From: Armatimonadota bacterium
Lineage (GTDB): Bacteria; Armatimonadota; UBA5829; DTLH01
Direction of reading: 5' to 3'
DNA length: 64,000 nucleotides
Assembly: GCA_029551395.1 (NCBI GenBank)
Contig: JAKPFN010000083.1
Location: forward strand, 1,779-65,778
The notes beneath the pieces were generated by a model, which saw only the letters and a program-made list of their open reading frames with translations, ran no database searches and had not been told where the DNA came from. Made by a program: the position numbers and the translations under genes. Shown here in pieces: positions 53,801 through 63,922 of the stretch. The first letter of the stretch is position 1; each line of letters begins with the position of its first letter.

Positions 53801-56276
53801 AAATCCTATCAAACATGCTCTGGTTCACCTTGGCGATTACGTGGATTATAAACAGGTTCTGACTGATGAGACAGGAAACTTCTCTCTTATGGTGGACCTT
53901 GAGGGCTTCGAAGGGAAAAATCAATTGCTGCTAACAGCTGATGCCTGGCAGTATGAGAATAAAGATATGCTGGTCCAACCGGGTGAAGGTTTTATTACAA
54001 TTCAGTTGGCTCCTAAACAGGAAGTATCAGCAATTCCTAATTCTACCTTCGATACATTGGATGGTTGGAATTTTTCTGGGAACTCAAGTGATATTGTGTG
54101 GAGTCTTGGTAATGAAAACCACCCATCAGGACCTGGCCATTGCAGCCAGACATATTTGCCGTCATATAATGGATTCAGTATTTCTCGGAGCTTCCCTGTC
54201 ACACCAGGTAAGGTCTATAACCTCAACCTGTGGAGGCGGCACGACGGATTTGGAGGTTTTGGAGAAGAATACTGGTTCTACGATTCTGCAGGCAATGAGA
54301 TTTTCTACAGCGGCATGAATACAGGAGTAATCCATTTTCCTACCAGTGTCCTTGATGGTCCATGGTGGAGGCTGGATGCCGATCAGGTAATCTACCGCAT
54401 CAAAGTTCCTGACAACGCAGCAACCATGAAGGTTTCCTTTAGCAGCGACTTTGTTGGGACTGTCATGATAGATGATATTCAACTGGAAGAGGTCAATCCT
54501 GCCGTCGGCACGGTTACCGGCAGGATAATCGATTCCAATGGCAATGGGATAGCAAATGCATACGTGTTTTACAAGAACGCGCCAAAAGCTGGTATGGATG
54601 GCCGCTACTGTGAGTTCACAAAGACCGACAGCAGCGGTAATTTCAGCGTAGACCTGCCACTTGGCGAGTATTATATCTCAGCATACAAGCCTGGTTACAC
54701 GCCGTCTGCTGATATAAGCCTACTTGTCAACGGTAACAAGGCGCTGAATACCATCACTCTTGCAGATTGTACAACAAACCTTGTTTACCAAAGAGCCGAT
54801 ATGCTTACTGTGAGCAGCACGAAGGTTGGCTACAACAAATCTTACGCTGTTGATGGTAATCTGAACACGATGTGGATGAGCTTTGACAGGTATGATCCTG
54901 AGTACATGCTGGTAGACTTCAATGGCAAGCGTGATCTTACCGATATCGTTCTTTATCGGGAAATACAGCATTCACGGTTTGGCATGCTCTACGGCAGCTA
55001 CCGGATAGATGTTATGTATAGCGGTAATCCATCAGATCCCGCATCTTGGAATAACCCGACATCCAACGTGCAGACTATCTATACTAAGGATCATACATAT
55101 TTCGGTTATGAGGTTCAACCTGGAATAGGTATATGCGTGATGCCGCTGTCGGTTAAGCAAGCAATCGGGTTGAGGATTGTAATGACCGATGGAAGCACTT
55201 GGAGCAGGGCAGCCAGGATCAGCGAACTGGAAATCCATGGCTTGATTGATGATATCACACCGCCAACGATGGGTTCTGTGGTCGATGATGGAGACATAAC
55301 TTACGATAAGACAAGCCTCCATGCCACCTGGTCTGCAACTGATTCTGAATCAGGCATAGCAGAATATCGATATGCAATAGGCACAAGTCCTACCGATCCT
55401 GGGTCTGGATACGTGGTAGATTGGACATCTTCAGGCTCAAACTCTAATGTGACGGCTACAGGATTAAGTCTCACGGCAGGTCAGACCTATTATTTCTATG
55501 TCAAGGCAAGAAATGCTGTAGATTTGTGGAGCGGTGTGAGCGTGTCTGACGGCATAACCGTGCAAAATATAACCATAGGCCAGGCCAAGTATCTGCAATC
55601 AGGTACAAATGTAACCTTTACTGGTGTAGTATGCACGGGAAATCTCGCCAGCAACACCTTCTACATTCAAGAACTCGACAGGTCAGCCGGTATAATGATG
55701 ATAACTTCCAGCAGCAGAGTCATTGCTCCTGGAACGATAGTTGATGTAACGGGTAGTATTATCGATACTGTCAGTGGGGAACCTTATATCAAGGATCCTA
55801 TTATCACAATATATAACACGATACCTGTTCGCCCTCTGGGGCTGAACAACGCTGCCATCGGAGGCGGGGAAATGGGACTACAGCCAGCTAATAGCTGCTT
55901 GACATACGTTAGAAATCCAGATGGCACGTGCGAATATAAGCTGCAGCCTGATTGTGGACTGAACAATGTTGGGCTGCTTATCAGAACGACAGGTAAAGTG
56001 ACTTACATAGATTCCTTCGGATACTTTGCGTATATCGATGACGGATCTCATTTAGATGACGGCAATAAGTATGGACCTGGTGGAACTTCGGTCAAGGGTA
56101 TTAGAGTATCGCTCTATGCCAATTCCAATTTCATCAGCATACCGCCGGTCGGCAGCAGAGTTGTTGTGACGGGAGTTGCCAGCACTATCCCGTTCAATCA
56201 CCTTATAATAATGATCAAGCTCAGGTCTCAAGATGATATCGTCGAGCTGAGAGAAACTGAAATATCAGGTAAATGA
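50823..56276 (+). CDS. Large secreted multidomain protein: LamG-like, Ig, CARDB-like, HExxH peptidase-like, PKD, carbohydrate-binding-like, discoidin-like, FN3-like, shared C-terminal domain
   Basis: Signal peptide; WHHVACSW; HELTHGLETPDLY at 52623; FDGSGSFDPEG (PKD); AVDGNLNTMW (F5/8-like); C-terminal module as in 35820. Confidence 0.88.
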   Translation: MKYLVLLVLAMIPQLTLAQEATLAWFTDADILSSNSVSKPADALPSISGTYGDGVSLTKSVGFDAAVLNQQNGMISFWIKPDWNGNDGLNHRILRIGDPAKNGILIEKSSRNMLRFVMAGGNPVKVAASRADVSDWKPGKWHHVACSWITFNNKPLGLGLWIDKVCVDSVVFGGNAFMDPGSMADKKVYIGDKSSNAAMDELIIRNDVIATLCPDQISTVYRDFFRTAPYVEIKIDPEPNRLPSDPRVVLDCEKQFGLWAKRKDGDWERITNFDVRYHQWSDFDAKPFISWTTSDSSVATVNNDPLAPRRGLVTGKALGDCTLTAAFRGMTAVYPIKVITWDQPDLDLMYVERFPKFSFDGTKMWPRDGSFLDTLPANGKRWPDEGETVTAVVHYGNFGFQPAPASKIKFELVSDDNENFVLDDADTVKFSTVIETEPLAPGETAEKDVNWTWPKKSQGEHQVFVRVTIDPDETLDEVCEANNQRCELNTGHAFMWRYDAELFEDYYSNKRINHIGSFSLFDWSNAQVDRLSNLLHETVLPTTSSVGIKDSIRVDNYFPQTCDRWDDEPDIWTRELFCDDWYGEYEPENHSPLDFDPAVDHELTHGLETPDLYGHPYPVYNVFLKDENGKPYSGTVLYPPIDRTGSGMLPGIPMYNQTDMLGLGYDTMMVSCHWWLDPYIAGMIHKTAGERDKRHRGCDAVTGCPATNRLLVLDVNDQPLKNAAVYAYQLTEPIFRQDDLAGSKYVPDRPKFMGNVDENGYWVFPKFTDPTWDDLETDQVEGSISISNPFQVIYREFEPPWYCFGGYFILKIVGADGQVEFRTISQIELWNAYMSGFTGTATYTIKTNLNASETPVEVVPPDIPDSIKLINLRPAAVLTSDRLTVDEVDDDGASCKAIYVKPGQTIKFDGSGSFDPEGQPLIYRWVGFGENYGSYPPFSTPATKQYTAPWELGDYRYQFYVLDGLRTSEICRIKVRVVDTIPAIFGKVTDTSGNPIKHALVHLGDYVDYKQVLTDETGNFSLMVDLEGFEGKNQLLLTADAWQYENKDMLVQPGEGFITIQLAPKQEVSAIPNSTFDTLDGWNFSGNSSDIVWSLGNENHPSGPGHCSQTYLPSYNGFSISRSFPVTPGKVYNLNLWRRHDGFGGFGEEYWFYDSAGNEIFYSGMNTGVIHFPTSVLDGPWWRLDADQVIYRIKVPDNAATMKVSFSSDFVGTVMIDDIQLEEVNPAVGTVTGRIIDSNGNGIANAYVFYKNAPKAGMDGRYCEFTKTDSSGNFSVDLPLGEYYISAYKPGYTPSADISLLVNGNKALNTITLADCTTNLVYQRADMLTVSSTKVGYNKSYAVDGNLNTMWMSFDRYDPEYMLVDFNGKRDLTDIVLYREIQHSRFGMLYGSYRIDVMYSGNPSDPASWNNPTSNVQTIYTKDHTYFGYEVQPGIGICVMPLSVKQAIGLRIVMTDGSTWSRAARISELEIHGLIDDITPPTMGSVVDDGDITYDKTSLHATWSATDSESGIAEYRYAIGTSPTDPGSGYVVDWTSSGSNSNVTATGLSLTAGQTYYFYVKARNAVDLWSGVSVSDGITVQNITIGQAKYLQSGTNVTFTGVVCTGNLASNTFYIQELDRSAGIMMITSSSRVIAPGTIVDVTGSIIDTVSGEPYIKDPIITIYNTIPVRPLGLNNAAIGGGEMGLQPANSCLTYVRNPDGTCEYKLQPDCGLNNVGLLIRTTGKVTYIDSFGYFAYIDDGSHLDDGNKYGPGGTSVKGIRVSLYANSNFISIPPVGSRVVVTGVASTIPFNHLIIMIKLRSQDDIVELRETEISGK

Positions 56277-56302
56277 GAGTGATTGATAATGTCTGAAAAG
56301 AC

Positions 56303-56350
56303 AAAAAGTCCGAGGCTGAATCAATATAATCTCAGCCTCGGACTTTTTTT
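56303..56350. terminator. Bidirectional terminator between convergent paralogues
   Basis: AAAAAGTCCGAGGCTGA/TCAGCCTCGGACTTTTT. Confidence 0.85.
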
Positions 56351-56393
56351 TGCAGCCTATCAGTAGTGATTAGGCATTAGGATACCATCTGGT

Positions 56394-59300
56394 TTAGTCT
56401 TCAGAGACAATGCGGACTTTGATCCGAAGCGCTTCACTTGTTCTCACGCCGTCGTTGACAATCAATCTGTACCACATTTCGCCAGTTGGTAAGTCCTCAT
56501 AAGGATATCTGCGATTTTCCGGATCCGGATATGCAGTCTGTTTAAGTATCGGTGTATCCTGCAGAATCAGATCGAAATCTCTCCAATCGCCTTTATCAAT
56601 GAGCCACATATAGTGGAGCGGTTGATTCTCAGGATCATAACTCGGCGTGGCATCGATAATAAACTCCTGCCCTGGCGCAACAGTCATCTCAGACTCGACC
56701 ACAGCAGCAACCGGCGCACGGTTATAACCAGAAGCTTGAACCGGGGCTGGCCTCTTAGTATCTCCACCATAAGGAAGACTCGTCTTTAAGACATACAGCC
56801 CAGGTTTGCTGGTATCTCCTTTGTTGGCGAATAAAGCATTGTAGAAGTCTATAGCAGACAGTATTTTGAACTCCTCTTTGGTCCCGCTCACGACTTTTAT
56901 AATGAATATGGAGTGGACCAGCGAGAGTCCTGTATCGTAGTCGACTTCCTTGCTGGGCTGCCAGAATGGATTATTGTGAGGATACTTATAAGCTCCGTCG
57001 ATTATTTCCGTTTTCGGGTCGTCCCAGTTCGGTTCAGTAACCTCAGGGAATGTCCACATTCCATTTTCATCAGTCTTGCCGATGAATTTGGCATTGTTTG
57101 GAACATAGCGTGTGTTAGCACAGTAGCCCCAATACTCGTCAGACTGCTGGTAGATGTAAAGAACCGCATTTTTGAGTGGTTCGTCGTCTCTATCAAGAAC
57201 AAGTATGGTGTTCTTGGCGGGCATGAAGATGTTGAACTCAGGACGAGCATACTTGGGGCGTTTGAAACCATAATATGGAGTCATTCCCGCGTTGAACTCG
57301 TCGAACCATAAACCGCAGTCGCCGCCCCAACAAGGTCCCCAACCGCATTCCAGCTCATCATGTCTGCCGCAAAATACTTTCCAGAATGGAGCTTCGCCAG
57401 TTTCCTTGACTTTAGGGAACATTTTTGAATTTGCGTATGAATTGCCCTGGCTATCGACCAGGTATATGTTCTGAGCGAATATCAAATCAGAGTAAGTATC
57501 CCATGTAACAAGAGTCCGATGGCCTAACTCATGAATGATTCCAGCCCTTATTGCAGTTGGCCTGTCGATTTCTCCCGGAGTCCAGCTCCATTCGCCGTCA
57601 TAATATTTCCCGTCAATCCAGAATGGCTCTTTGTCTCCCTCAATCAGGAAGCCGCCGTTAGAATAGAGCAGCGGATAATAATTATCCATCCTGATGGAAG
57701 CCTCCATGCCATTCGGGCTTGTAGTTGGCCAAACAGCCGCACGCATATAACCTTCACAGGCATCTACGTAGGCGTTTGTGTAGTCATAGGGGCTGAATGA
57801 ACCTATAAAGTTCAGAATCTTATTGTTGTAGGTCTTGTCGAAATCAGCCTGATGGTAGCCCCATCGCACAGCTTGGGCAGTGCTTAGCTCGCATCTCCTG
57901 TTGTTTGTTTCACAAATCTCGTCAATGTTGTTGCTCGGATTAGCTGGGTCCTCAGGGTCAATCGTCACGATGACGAATACCGGGACTTCAAGCCCAGGCC
58001 AAACCCATGTGAACGCTTGCGTCTCTTTTGCTCCTGGTTCAAACGAAGCAGGGATAGTCACTGATGATGTAATCTTATCGTTTACTTTAGTGGGAATGGA
58101 GACATTGTCTATGTCAGGATTATAGACGAAGTTCCTATCTACATCCTCACGGACTTCGAATTTCAGCACGCACGGTTTTGTAGTTGCGGCATATCCGAAA
58201 TTGCCATAATGAATGACAGATGTAACAACCTCACCAGCCTTAGGCCATTTTTGACCTTTGGCATCTTCAGTATTGCTGGTGGTTCCTCCGTAGACCCATT
58301 TATTCTTCCCATAGTGACAATACTTCGGATACCTCTCAACGAACATAACATTGAGGTCCGGCTTATCGGTAGATATTATGGTAACAGGAAGAGGATCGCT
58401 TGTTAATGTTACACCTCTCTGCAATTCAACCCGGATATTGAAGGTCTGACCATCGTAAGTTGCCGGAGAAGTTGGTTTTGCTGCCGTAACAAGTCCTCTG
58501 GTGCGTGATTTCGGATTGTTATCGACTGTTGCTTTATCTGTGCCGAGAAGGTCGAAATGAAGGAACGGCTTGGCGTCGAAAGCTGCCCACTGCGTGTAAC
58601 CTTCATCGTAGTTGGTCAGTTTTTCATATTTATGCGTATCTGACCGCCTAGCCTTTGCTCCGAATTGCTTGGAAAAACCTTCAATAATCCTTGGGTCAGC
58701 GATAAGACCATCGGGTAGGGGATTGGAATCGACCTCAATCCTGTCATAAGGAGCAGTCATGAAATAATCTCGCCAGATGGTGCTTTTTTGATCTGGCCTC
58801 AAGTATCCGGTAACGTTATTCCGAATGATAAGTTCATCCATGTAAGCCTGGGTTGTCGAATCTCCAATCCAAAGCTTCTTTTCGGCTGGTGGGAGAGTTG
58901 TCCAATCCATAAATTCGTCGCCGCCGAAGATGATACTCTCCATCATTATATGGTCTATCCACAGGGATATGCCTAGAGGCTTATCATTCAGGCTGGACCA
59001 CGCGCAGGCTACGTGATGCCATTCGTTCTTTTTCCAGTTTTTCACATCGTAACGGACAACGGTGACTTTACTGCTGGTGCCGTTGTCTTTACCGGCCATT
59101 ACGAAGCGGAGTATACCTTTTGCGGACCGTTCGATCAGTATTCCGTTCCGTTCAGGATTACCGATTTTAATGAACTGATGTCTTTTTGTGTCGTTACCGT
59201 CCCATTCAGGTTTCACCCAGAATTCGATAACTCCATGACGGGTGTCCAAAATCTGGGGAATCTCTGATAAGTTGAAGCTTAAAGCTGTCTTTGGATAAAT

Positions 59301-59465
59301 ACATTTGCCGATTGTTCCGCCGTCAACTGTGGCTCCACTGCCAAAAGTGGCTCTATCTGGAACAACAGCAGAGTCCGTAAACCACGGAACCAGGACTTCG
59401 GCTGCTGTAGCAACTTGCGGAACAAGGACTGCAAGTGCCAGAAACACCATAATGATATATTTCAT
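56394..59465 (-). CDS. Secreted paralogue (LamG-like, Ig, CARDB-like, HExxH, PKD) lacking the C-terminal module
   Basis: Collinear motifs with 50823; IIHELGH at 57519-57533; ends right after the PKD-like domain. Confidence 0.88.
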   Translation of the reverse strand: MKYIIMVFLALAVLVPQVATAAEVLVPWFTDSAVVPDRATFGSGATVDGGTIGKCIYPKTALSFNLSEIPQILDTRHGVIEFWVKPEWDGNDTKRHQFIKIGNPERNGILIERSAKGILRFVMAGKDNGTSSKVTVVRYDVKNWKKNEWHHVACAWSSLNDKPLGISLWIDHIMMESIIFGGDEFMDWTTLPPAEKKLWIGDSTTQAYMDELIIRNNVTGYLRPDQKSTIWRDYFMTAPYDRIEVDSNPLPDGLIADPRIIEGFSKQFGAKARRSDTHKYEKLTNYDEGYTQWAAFDAKPFLHFDLLGTDKATVDNNPKSRTRGLVTAAKPTSPATYDGQTFNIRVELQRGVTLTSDPLPVTIISTDKPDLNVMFVERYPKYCHYGKNKWVYGGTTSNTEDAKGQKWPKAGEVVTSVIHYGNFGYAATTKPCVLKFEVREDVDRNFVYNPDIDNVSIPTKVNDKITSSVTIPASFEPGAKETQAFTWVWPGLEVPVFVIVTIDPEDPANPSNNIDEICETNNRRCELSTAQAVRWGYHQADFDKTYNNKILNFIGSFSPYDYTNAYVDACEGYMRAAVWPTTSPNGMEASIRMDNYYPLLYSNGGFLIEGDKEPFWIDGKYYDGEWSWTPGEIDRPTAIRAGIIHELGHRTLVTWDTYSDLIFAQNIYLVDSQGNSYANSKMFPKVKETGEAPFWKVFCGRHDELECGWGPCWGGDCGLWFDEFNAGMTPYYGFKRPKYARPEFNIFMPAKNTILVLDRDDEPLKNAVLYIYQQSDEYWGYCANTRYVPNNAKFIGKTDENGMWTFPEVTEPNWDDPKTEIIDGAYKYPHNNPFWQPSKEVDYDTGLSLVHSIFIIKVVSGTKEEFKILSAIDFYNALFANKGDTSKPGLYVLKTSLPYGGDTKRPAPVQASGYNRAPVAAVVESEMTVAPGQEFIIDATPSYDPENQPLHYMWLIDKGDWRDFDLILQDTPILKQTAYPDPENRRYPYEDLPTGEMWYRLIVNDGVRTSEALRIKVRIVSED

Positions 59466-59882
59466 TAATGTTCTCCCTGCATAGTGTTACTTATTGTGTC
59501 TGGTACATTTGGATTTGCCGATTTGATGGAGTGTGTGCTTTATTCGGCGTTCCAGCCATAATTGCATGACAAAAACACACAAATCAACATTCGTAGCACT
59601 AACACTATGCTTATTTGATAGTCTGAATATTACACGCCCAGCAATTTTTGTCAAGACGATTGTAGATAAATGGTTCAGGCAGGTTTTGTGATCGGCAGGC
59701 AGTCATAGGGTATCCGTCAGGTTATCCGCAGCCTCGTTCGAAGCTCGAATAACCTCGGCACTTGGTATTCAGCATCCAACACTAAGCGTAAACACAAAAA
59801 TCCTGATTAATCTTACATCAGCAGCGTGGTTTTTGCTTCATGTCCGCCATGATGTAAGACGTTCATAATAGGCAGTGCTCTT

Positions 59883-60032
59883 TTAGGACTTCTGATCCTC
59901 TGACAAGCTCTGCTTAAACTCTCTCATGCTGCTTCCTATCCCTCTGGCAAGTTCCGGCAGTTTCTTAGCTCCGAAGAGCAGAACGAATACAGCCAGTATC
60001 ATCAGCAGTTCTTGATTACCTATTCCAAACAT
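59883..60032 (-). CDS. tatA: Twin-arginine translocase subunit TatA/E
   Basis: MFGIGNQELLMILAVFVLLFGAKKLPELARGIGSSMREFK; GGAG RBS. Confidence 0.92.
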   Translation of the reverse strand: MFGIGNQELLMILAVFVLLFGAKKLPELARGIGSSMREFKQSLSEDQKS

Positions 60033-60137
60033 TGCAGTTGTACTCCATTTTGTATCAATTATCAACAGCAGACTAAGGTGCAAGCATATTGAATCTTCTT
60101 GAGACCCAATATGCTTGCGATTGTCAATGCGGTCAGA

Positions 60138-62120
60138 TTATCTTATATCAGTCGGAAACCTGGGTCTGATAACAGGCAGCACCACGTCTCCCTCTTTCAG
60201 CTTTCCAGACACGCCTGTTACGATAACAAATCCGCTTGTTGGAGCTGAAATACCATTCAAAACAACACGTATTCCAGTGCCATTTCCAGTGCCATCATCA
60301 AGACCACTGCCGTCATCTACATATATATAATTAGGATTGGCAGTGTTGATGTTACCCCAAATAGTCACCAGCAGCCCTTCAGTATTAAGGAATGCCTTGC
60401 TGTTTACACCTAATGTATCGAGACTGTTTCCGGGGACCTGACTTCTAATCGAGTTGGCAAATATGCATAACTCCTCATTAGCGTCTTTATTCAGGATGCC
60501 CATAAGTGTCAATTCATCTCCTTCAGCTACGCCAGGAATTATGCTGCCGGAGGCTGGTATGACTTTTATCCCAGCAGCCCTGTCCGGTTCTTCGATGTAA
60601 AACCCTTCAAATATACCCGGATTGTTTGATGTGGCTGATTTTGGAGATGTTATATGAATGGACTGTGGAAGTGTCATATTCCTCAGTTCACCTATCCTTT
60701 CAACATCTCCGCTGCCAGGAATGACTATGTCAGTCCTAACCTCCATCTCATTCGACCCATTGGCGGACGAGAGCACTCGTACCTTCTCAGGTGGGGCTGC
60801 AAGCGGAGTGATAACAATCTGTCCTCCAGTCAGGTCGCCAAAACCTTCAAGCGTGAGTGTGGGTAGGCTCACTTCATCGCTTGATTGCGCAGTTACCGTC
60901 AATGACCCGCCATTAGTTGGGTCATAGAACGCCTGAGTGATGTCGATATGGTCGGTTACATCTGCTCCAAAGTAAAGCGAGAACAATTGTCCGGTTGCAT
61001 CCCGCGCGTTGGAGTCTTTTATGGTCACTTGGGTCGGAACAGACAATGGCTGGCTTTGCGCCCAGTATGAGTTACCAGCATTGAACATTGGAATTTCAGT
61101 TTCTCCAGTAGGTGCAGTCGGGTCTCCAGTGACAGGATCTACCCCTGGAGGAGCATTGTAGAATGATAGTACTGGCATAATCCTGGATGGTATAGGCGCA
61201 CCAGGAAGTCTGCTTGGAAGGGTAGGGAGTCCAGTTGTAAAGACATCGAGCCGCAGCAGACTTGCTGTTTGTGTATAACTGGCACGGTCAACCTCTATTA
61301 AGTTCGGAAGAGGGTCTGTATAAATACGGCCTGTCAATGCAAAGTTTACGGTCTCTAATACGAAGCCGTTTGGACCTTCCACACGGAAGATGTTAGGGTT
61401 GCGTACTCCTGCTGATGTCATATAGTTGGGTAATGGGCTTCCTGTTACTGGCCCACTCCGCGCTGGATCTGCAATGTATAACTTTCCTGGAACAGGGCCA
61501 GTTACGGGAGGAAGTTCTGGGCCGCCAGGAATGTTCGAAGGCAGCAGGAATGGCCCTACACCCGATTTCAATGCACCTTCAAATAGACCGAAAGTGCAAA
61601 TGCCTACATCTTCAGTGGCAATGAGTCTCTCACCTGCTACCTGATTTTCGTAGACTCTCATTCCATAAGGAGTGTATACGGTATATGTTCCGTCGAACGG
61701 CAAGTCATCGATCCTGATCCGTATCCGACCAAATACTATTTGATCACCTGGAACAGGCTCTTCCGTAGCGAAGGCAGCTTCTAACGCAAGGATTAGCCTG
61801 GCATCGACATTGCCTTGTCTAACCCGACATCCAGCCGTCCAGTAGAAATGCTCACCGGCGAAATTATCGGGGAATGTTTCCGGCGCTGTACCAGATGGAA
61901 CGTCTGCAGATGCAATCGACAGCCATCCGCCATCCAGTTCCGCCTGGTTCAAAGGTGCTCCAAATTCCAGGGTTAATCCTGTCTTGTCCTGGTACCACAT
62001 CGGATATCCATGTTCAGGATCGACTGGACCAACCCTCTCAAGTTCAGCAATAGCTGCTGACAGACTGAGAGCCATTAGGACTGCCGCAGCCGCTAATATG
62101 ACAACTATCTGCTTCTTCAA
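60138..62120 (-). CDS. Secreted protein with an uncharacterised N-terminal domain and the shared C-terminal domain
   Basis: Sec-type signal peptide; VGPVDPEHGYPMWYQD N-terminal region; FYIEEPDRAAGI...GLLV...YVDDGS...GIRV...VTGV C-terminus. Confidence 0.85.
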   Translation of the reverse strand: MKKQIVVILAAAAVLMALSLSAAIAELERVGPVDPEHGYPMWYQDKTGLTLEFGAPLNQAELDGGWLSIASADVPSGTAPETFPDNFAGEHFYWTAGCRVRQGNVDARLILALEAAFATEEPVPGDQIVFGRIRIRIDDLPFDGTYTVYTPYGMRVYENQVAGERLIATEDVGICTFGLFEGALKSGVGPFLLPSNIPGGPELPPVTGPVPGKLYIADPARSGPVTGSPLPNYMTSAGVRNPNIFRVEGPNGFVLETVNFALTGRIYTDPLPNLIEVDRASYTQTASLLRLDVFTTGLPTLPSRLPGAPIPSRIMPVLSFYNAPPGVDPVTGDPTAPTGETEIPMFNAGNSYWAQSQPLSVPTQVTIKDSNARDATGQLFSLYFGADVTDHIDITQAFYDPTNGGSLTVTAQSSDEVSLPTLTLEGFGDLTGGQIVITPLAAPPEKVRVLSSANGSNEMEVRTDIVIPGSGDVERIGELRNMTLPQSIHITSPKSATSNNPGIFEGFYIEEPDRAAGIKVIPASGSIIPGVAEGDELTLMGILNKDANEELCIFANSIRSQVPGNSLDTLGVNSKAFLNTEGLLVTIWGNINTANPNYIYVDDGSGLDDGTGNGTGIRVVLNGISAPTSGFVIVTGVSGKLKEGDVVLPVIRPRFPTDIR

Positions 62121-62164
62121 ATTGATTCCTCCTGATTCTTTATAGCTATTGGTACAGTCAGTCA

Positions 62165-62197
62165 GCCGAGAGGATCTGGCTGTCAGATCCTCTCGGC
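62165..62197. other. Strong intergenic hairpin without a U-tract
   Basis: GCCGAGAGGATCTG/CAGATCCTCTCGGC 14 bp perfect stem between the oxidase and the next gene. Confidence 0.55.
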
Positions 62198-62236
62198 ATT
62201 GAGCAGTTGGTTGTTATCATTTGATTGATGTCAGTC

Positions 62237-63922
62237 TCAGGGAACAATTGTCCATCCGAACATCATTGCGTGGTCTTCATGCGCCAGGTTGTGACAATGC
62301 GCCACATATCTACCGGTAAATGTTCGGAACTTGCGATAAACTCGAACTTCCTCCCCTTCGCCAAGTGCTATAACATCTTCTTTGACTTGGTCTTCTGGGA
62401 AAGGTGGGTTGTCGTCACGTCTGATGACGCGGTGTTCTTCCTGATGGAGGTGCATGGGATGCACCCAGCCTCCACCGCCATTTTCTATAATCCAAACTTC
62501 CTCGGAGTTTTTGGGCACATCAGCCAGAGATATCGTTGGATCGAAAGGTTCATCGTTGATAGTCCACGTGTCTCCATCGCGTTCCAGTTCGAATCTGCGG
62601 TGGCGCAGCCCATTCAAGTAACTCTGAGGTGGAAGCGGCGGCAGTTCCCGCAACACAGGCGGTACCATGCTCAAATCGGGAACATCCGGATCATCACCGA
62701 TGATGATTTTTACCATAGGCACTATTTCGCCTTCACGTCCATCTGGTTTGCGTCCTTCATCCATCGTGAGTATGTTACACAAATAGACGACATCACCTTT
62801 TTGTGTTGGGCTGCCATCCATATAGCGTGAGAAATCGACGACTACCTCACGGCGTTTGGCAGGAGCCAGAGCAATGATATTCCGATCTAACGGAGTAGCC
62901 CTCAATCCTCCGTCACCAGCGATTAGTGTGAAGCGCATTGCCTGTTGTGCGTTATCCAACTGCCACTGCCCATCCATGCCTGGTTCAAGTCGCGGCGTTC
63001 CTGTCATCAGCATGAGTTCATACCATCGGGCGATTGAGCAATCGAGAAACCGCAGCCGGTATTTTCTGCGCTTAACCTCCAGGTATGGATAAGCCTTGCC
63101 ATTGACTGTAAAAATGTCTCCAACGAAACCATGATTTGGATAGTGTCCAAAGAACAACTTGCCAAGGTTTTCAGGATGAGGCAGCCCATCTTGATCAAGG
63201 CCGTTATGCGGTGTTACACCGTCATCCAGGCGGCAGTCATAGAGCGCCATAGGGATGTCATATTCAAAGCCCGGCAGGCGAAGTCCTTTGGTTTCGTCAC
63301 CACAGTCAAAGTCCGGATCATAGAGAGTGTAAAGACCGACCATGCCTTTGTAGACGTTTGTCGAAGTATTTTCGTGCGTGTGGTCATGGTACCACAAGAA
63401 TGATTGTTTCTCCCTGGGGTCACCGTCTGGAGGCCAGTTGAGATAGAGATTGTCACACACCTCTCCAGGTTCGTATGAATGGTGTCTGTGAAACGGGTTG
63501 CCATCACTCTCTGGAGCAGAATGTCCGTTGTGCAGATGTGTCAGGAATACTGGACGGCCGAAATCACCTAGGTCCAGACCATAGGGATTGTTTCCCAGAT
63601 GGTTTTCAAACCGCACGATTGCAGGTCTGCCGTAAGTTGCATGGATCATAGGCCCAGGGAAAGTTCCGTTGAAACCATAGATTGTGCTGTCCGGCAATTT
63701 GGCCATCTCAGTGCCATCAGAAAACAATACTCGTGATGAGGAGAAGCTATGAGGAGCTACCTCAAGCTTAATCCGATAGAACTCCTTTGGTTTAACCCAT
63801 ATTTGGTGTTCACTTGGGTTGACTGCAGGCCCGCCCCAGGTCCTTGGGTCCGTCTGCTGCAACGGCTGAGGTATAGGCAGTGGGTCTATGAATGGATTTA
63901 GAATCAGTGGGCTAAAGGGCAT
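62237..63922 (-). CDS. Multicopper oxidase (CotA/bilirubin-oxidase-like)
   Basis: Cu motifs HLHNGH, WYHDH, HPMHLH, HCHNLAHEDHAMM. The frame stays open to base 64000, so the true start may lie outside the window. Confidence 0.93.
   Translation of the reverse strand: MPFSPLILNPFIDPLPIPQPLQQTDPRTWGGPAVNPSEHQIWVKPKEFYRIKLEVAPHSFSSSRVLFSDGTEMAKLPDSTIYGFNGTFPGPMIHATYGRPAIVRFENHLGNNPYGLDLGDFGRPVFLTHLHNGHSAPESDGNPFHRHHSYEPGEVCDNLYLNWPPDGDPREKQSFLWYHDHTHENTSTNVYKGMVGLYTLYDPDFDCGDETKGLRLPGFEYDIPMALYDCRLDDGVTPHNGLDQDGLPHPENLGKLFFGHYPNHGFVGDIFTVNGKAYPYLEVKRRKYRLRFLDCSIARWYELMLMTGTPRLEPGMDGQWQLDNAQQAMRFTLIAGDGGLRATPLDRNIIALAPAKRREVVVDFSRYMDGSPTQKGDVVYLCNILTMDEGRKPDGREGEIVPMVKIIIGDDPDVPDLSMVPPVLRELPPLPPQSYLNGLRHRRFELERDGDTWTINDEPFDPTISLADVPKNSEEVWIIENGGGGWVHPMHLHQEEHRVIRRDDNPPFPEDQVKEDVIALGEGEEVRVYRKFRTFTGRYVAHCHNLAHEDHAMMFGWTIVP

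Noticed and set aside
50823-59465. Inverted paralogues as an invertible, phase-variable locus
   Set aside because: No long identical DNA or short recombination IRs were seen, and no recombinase is nearby.
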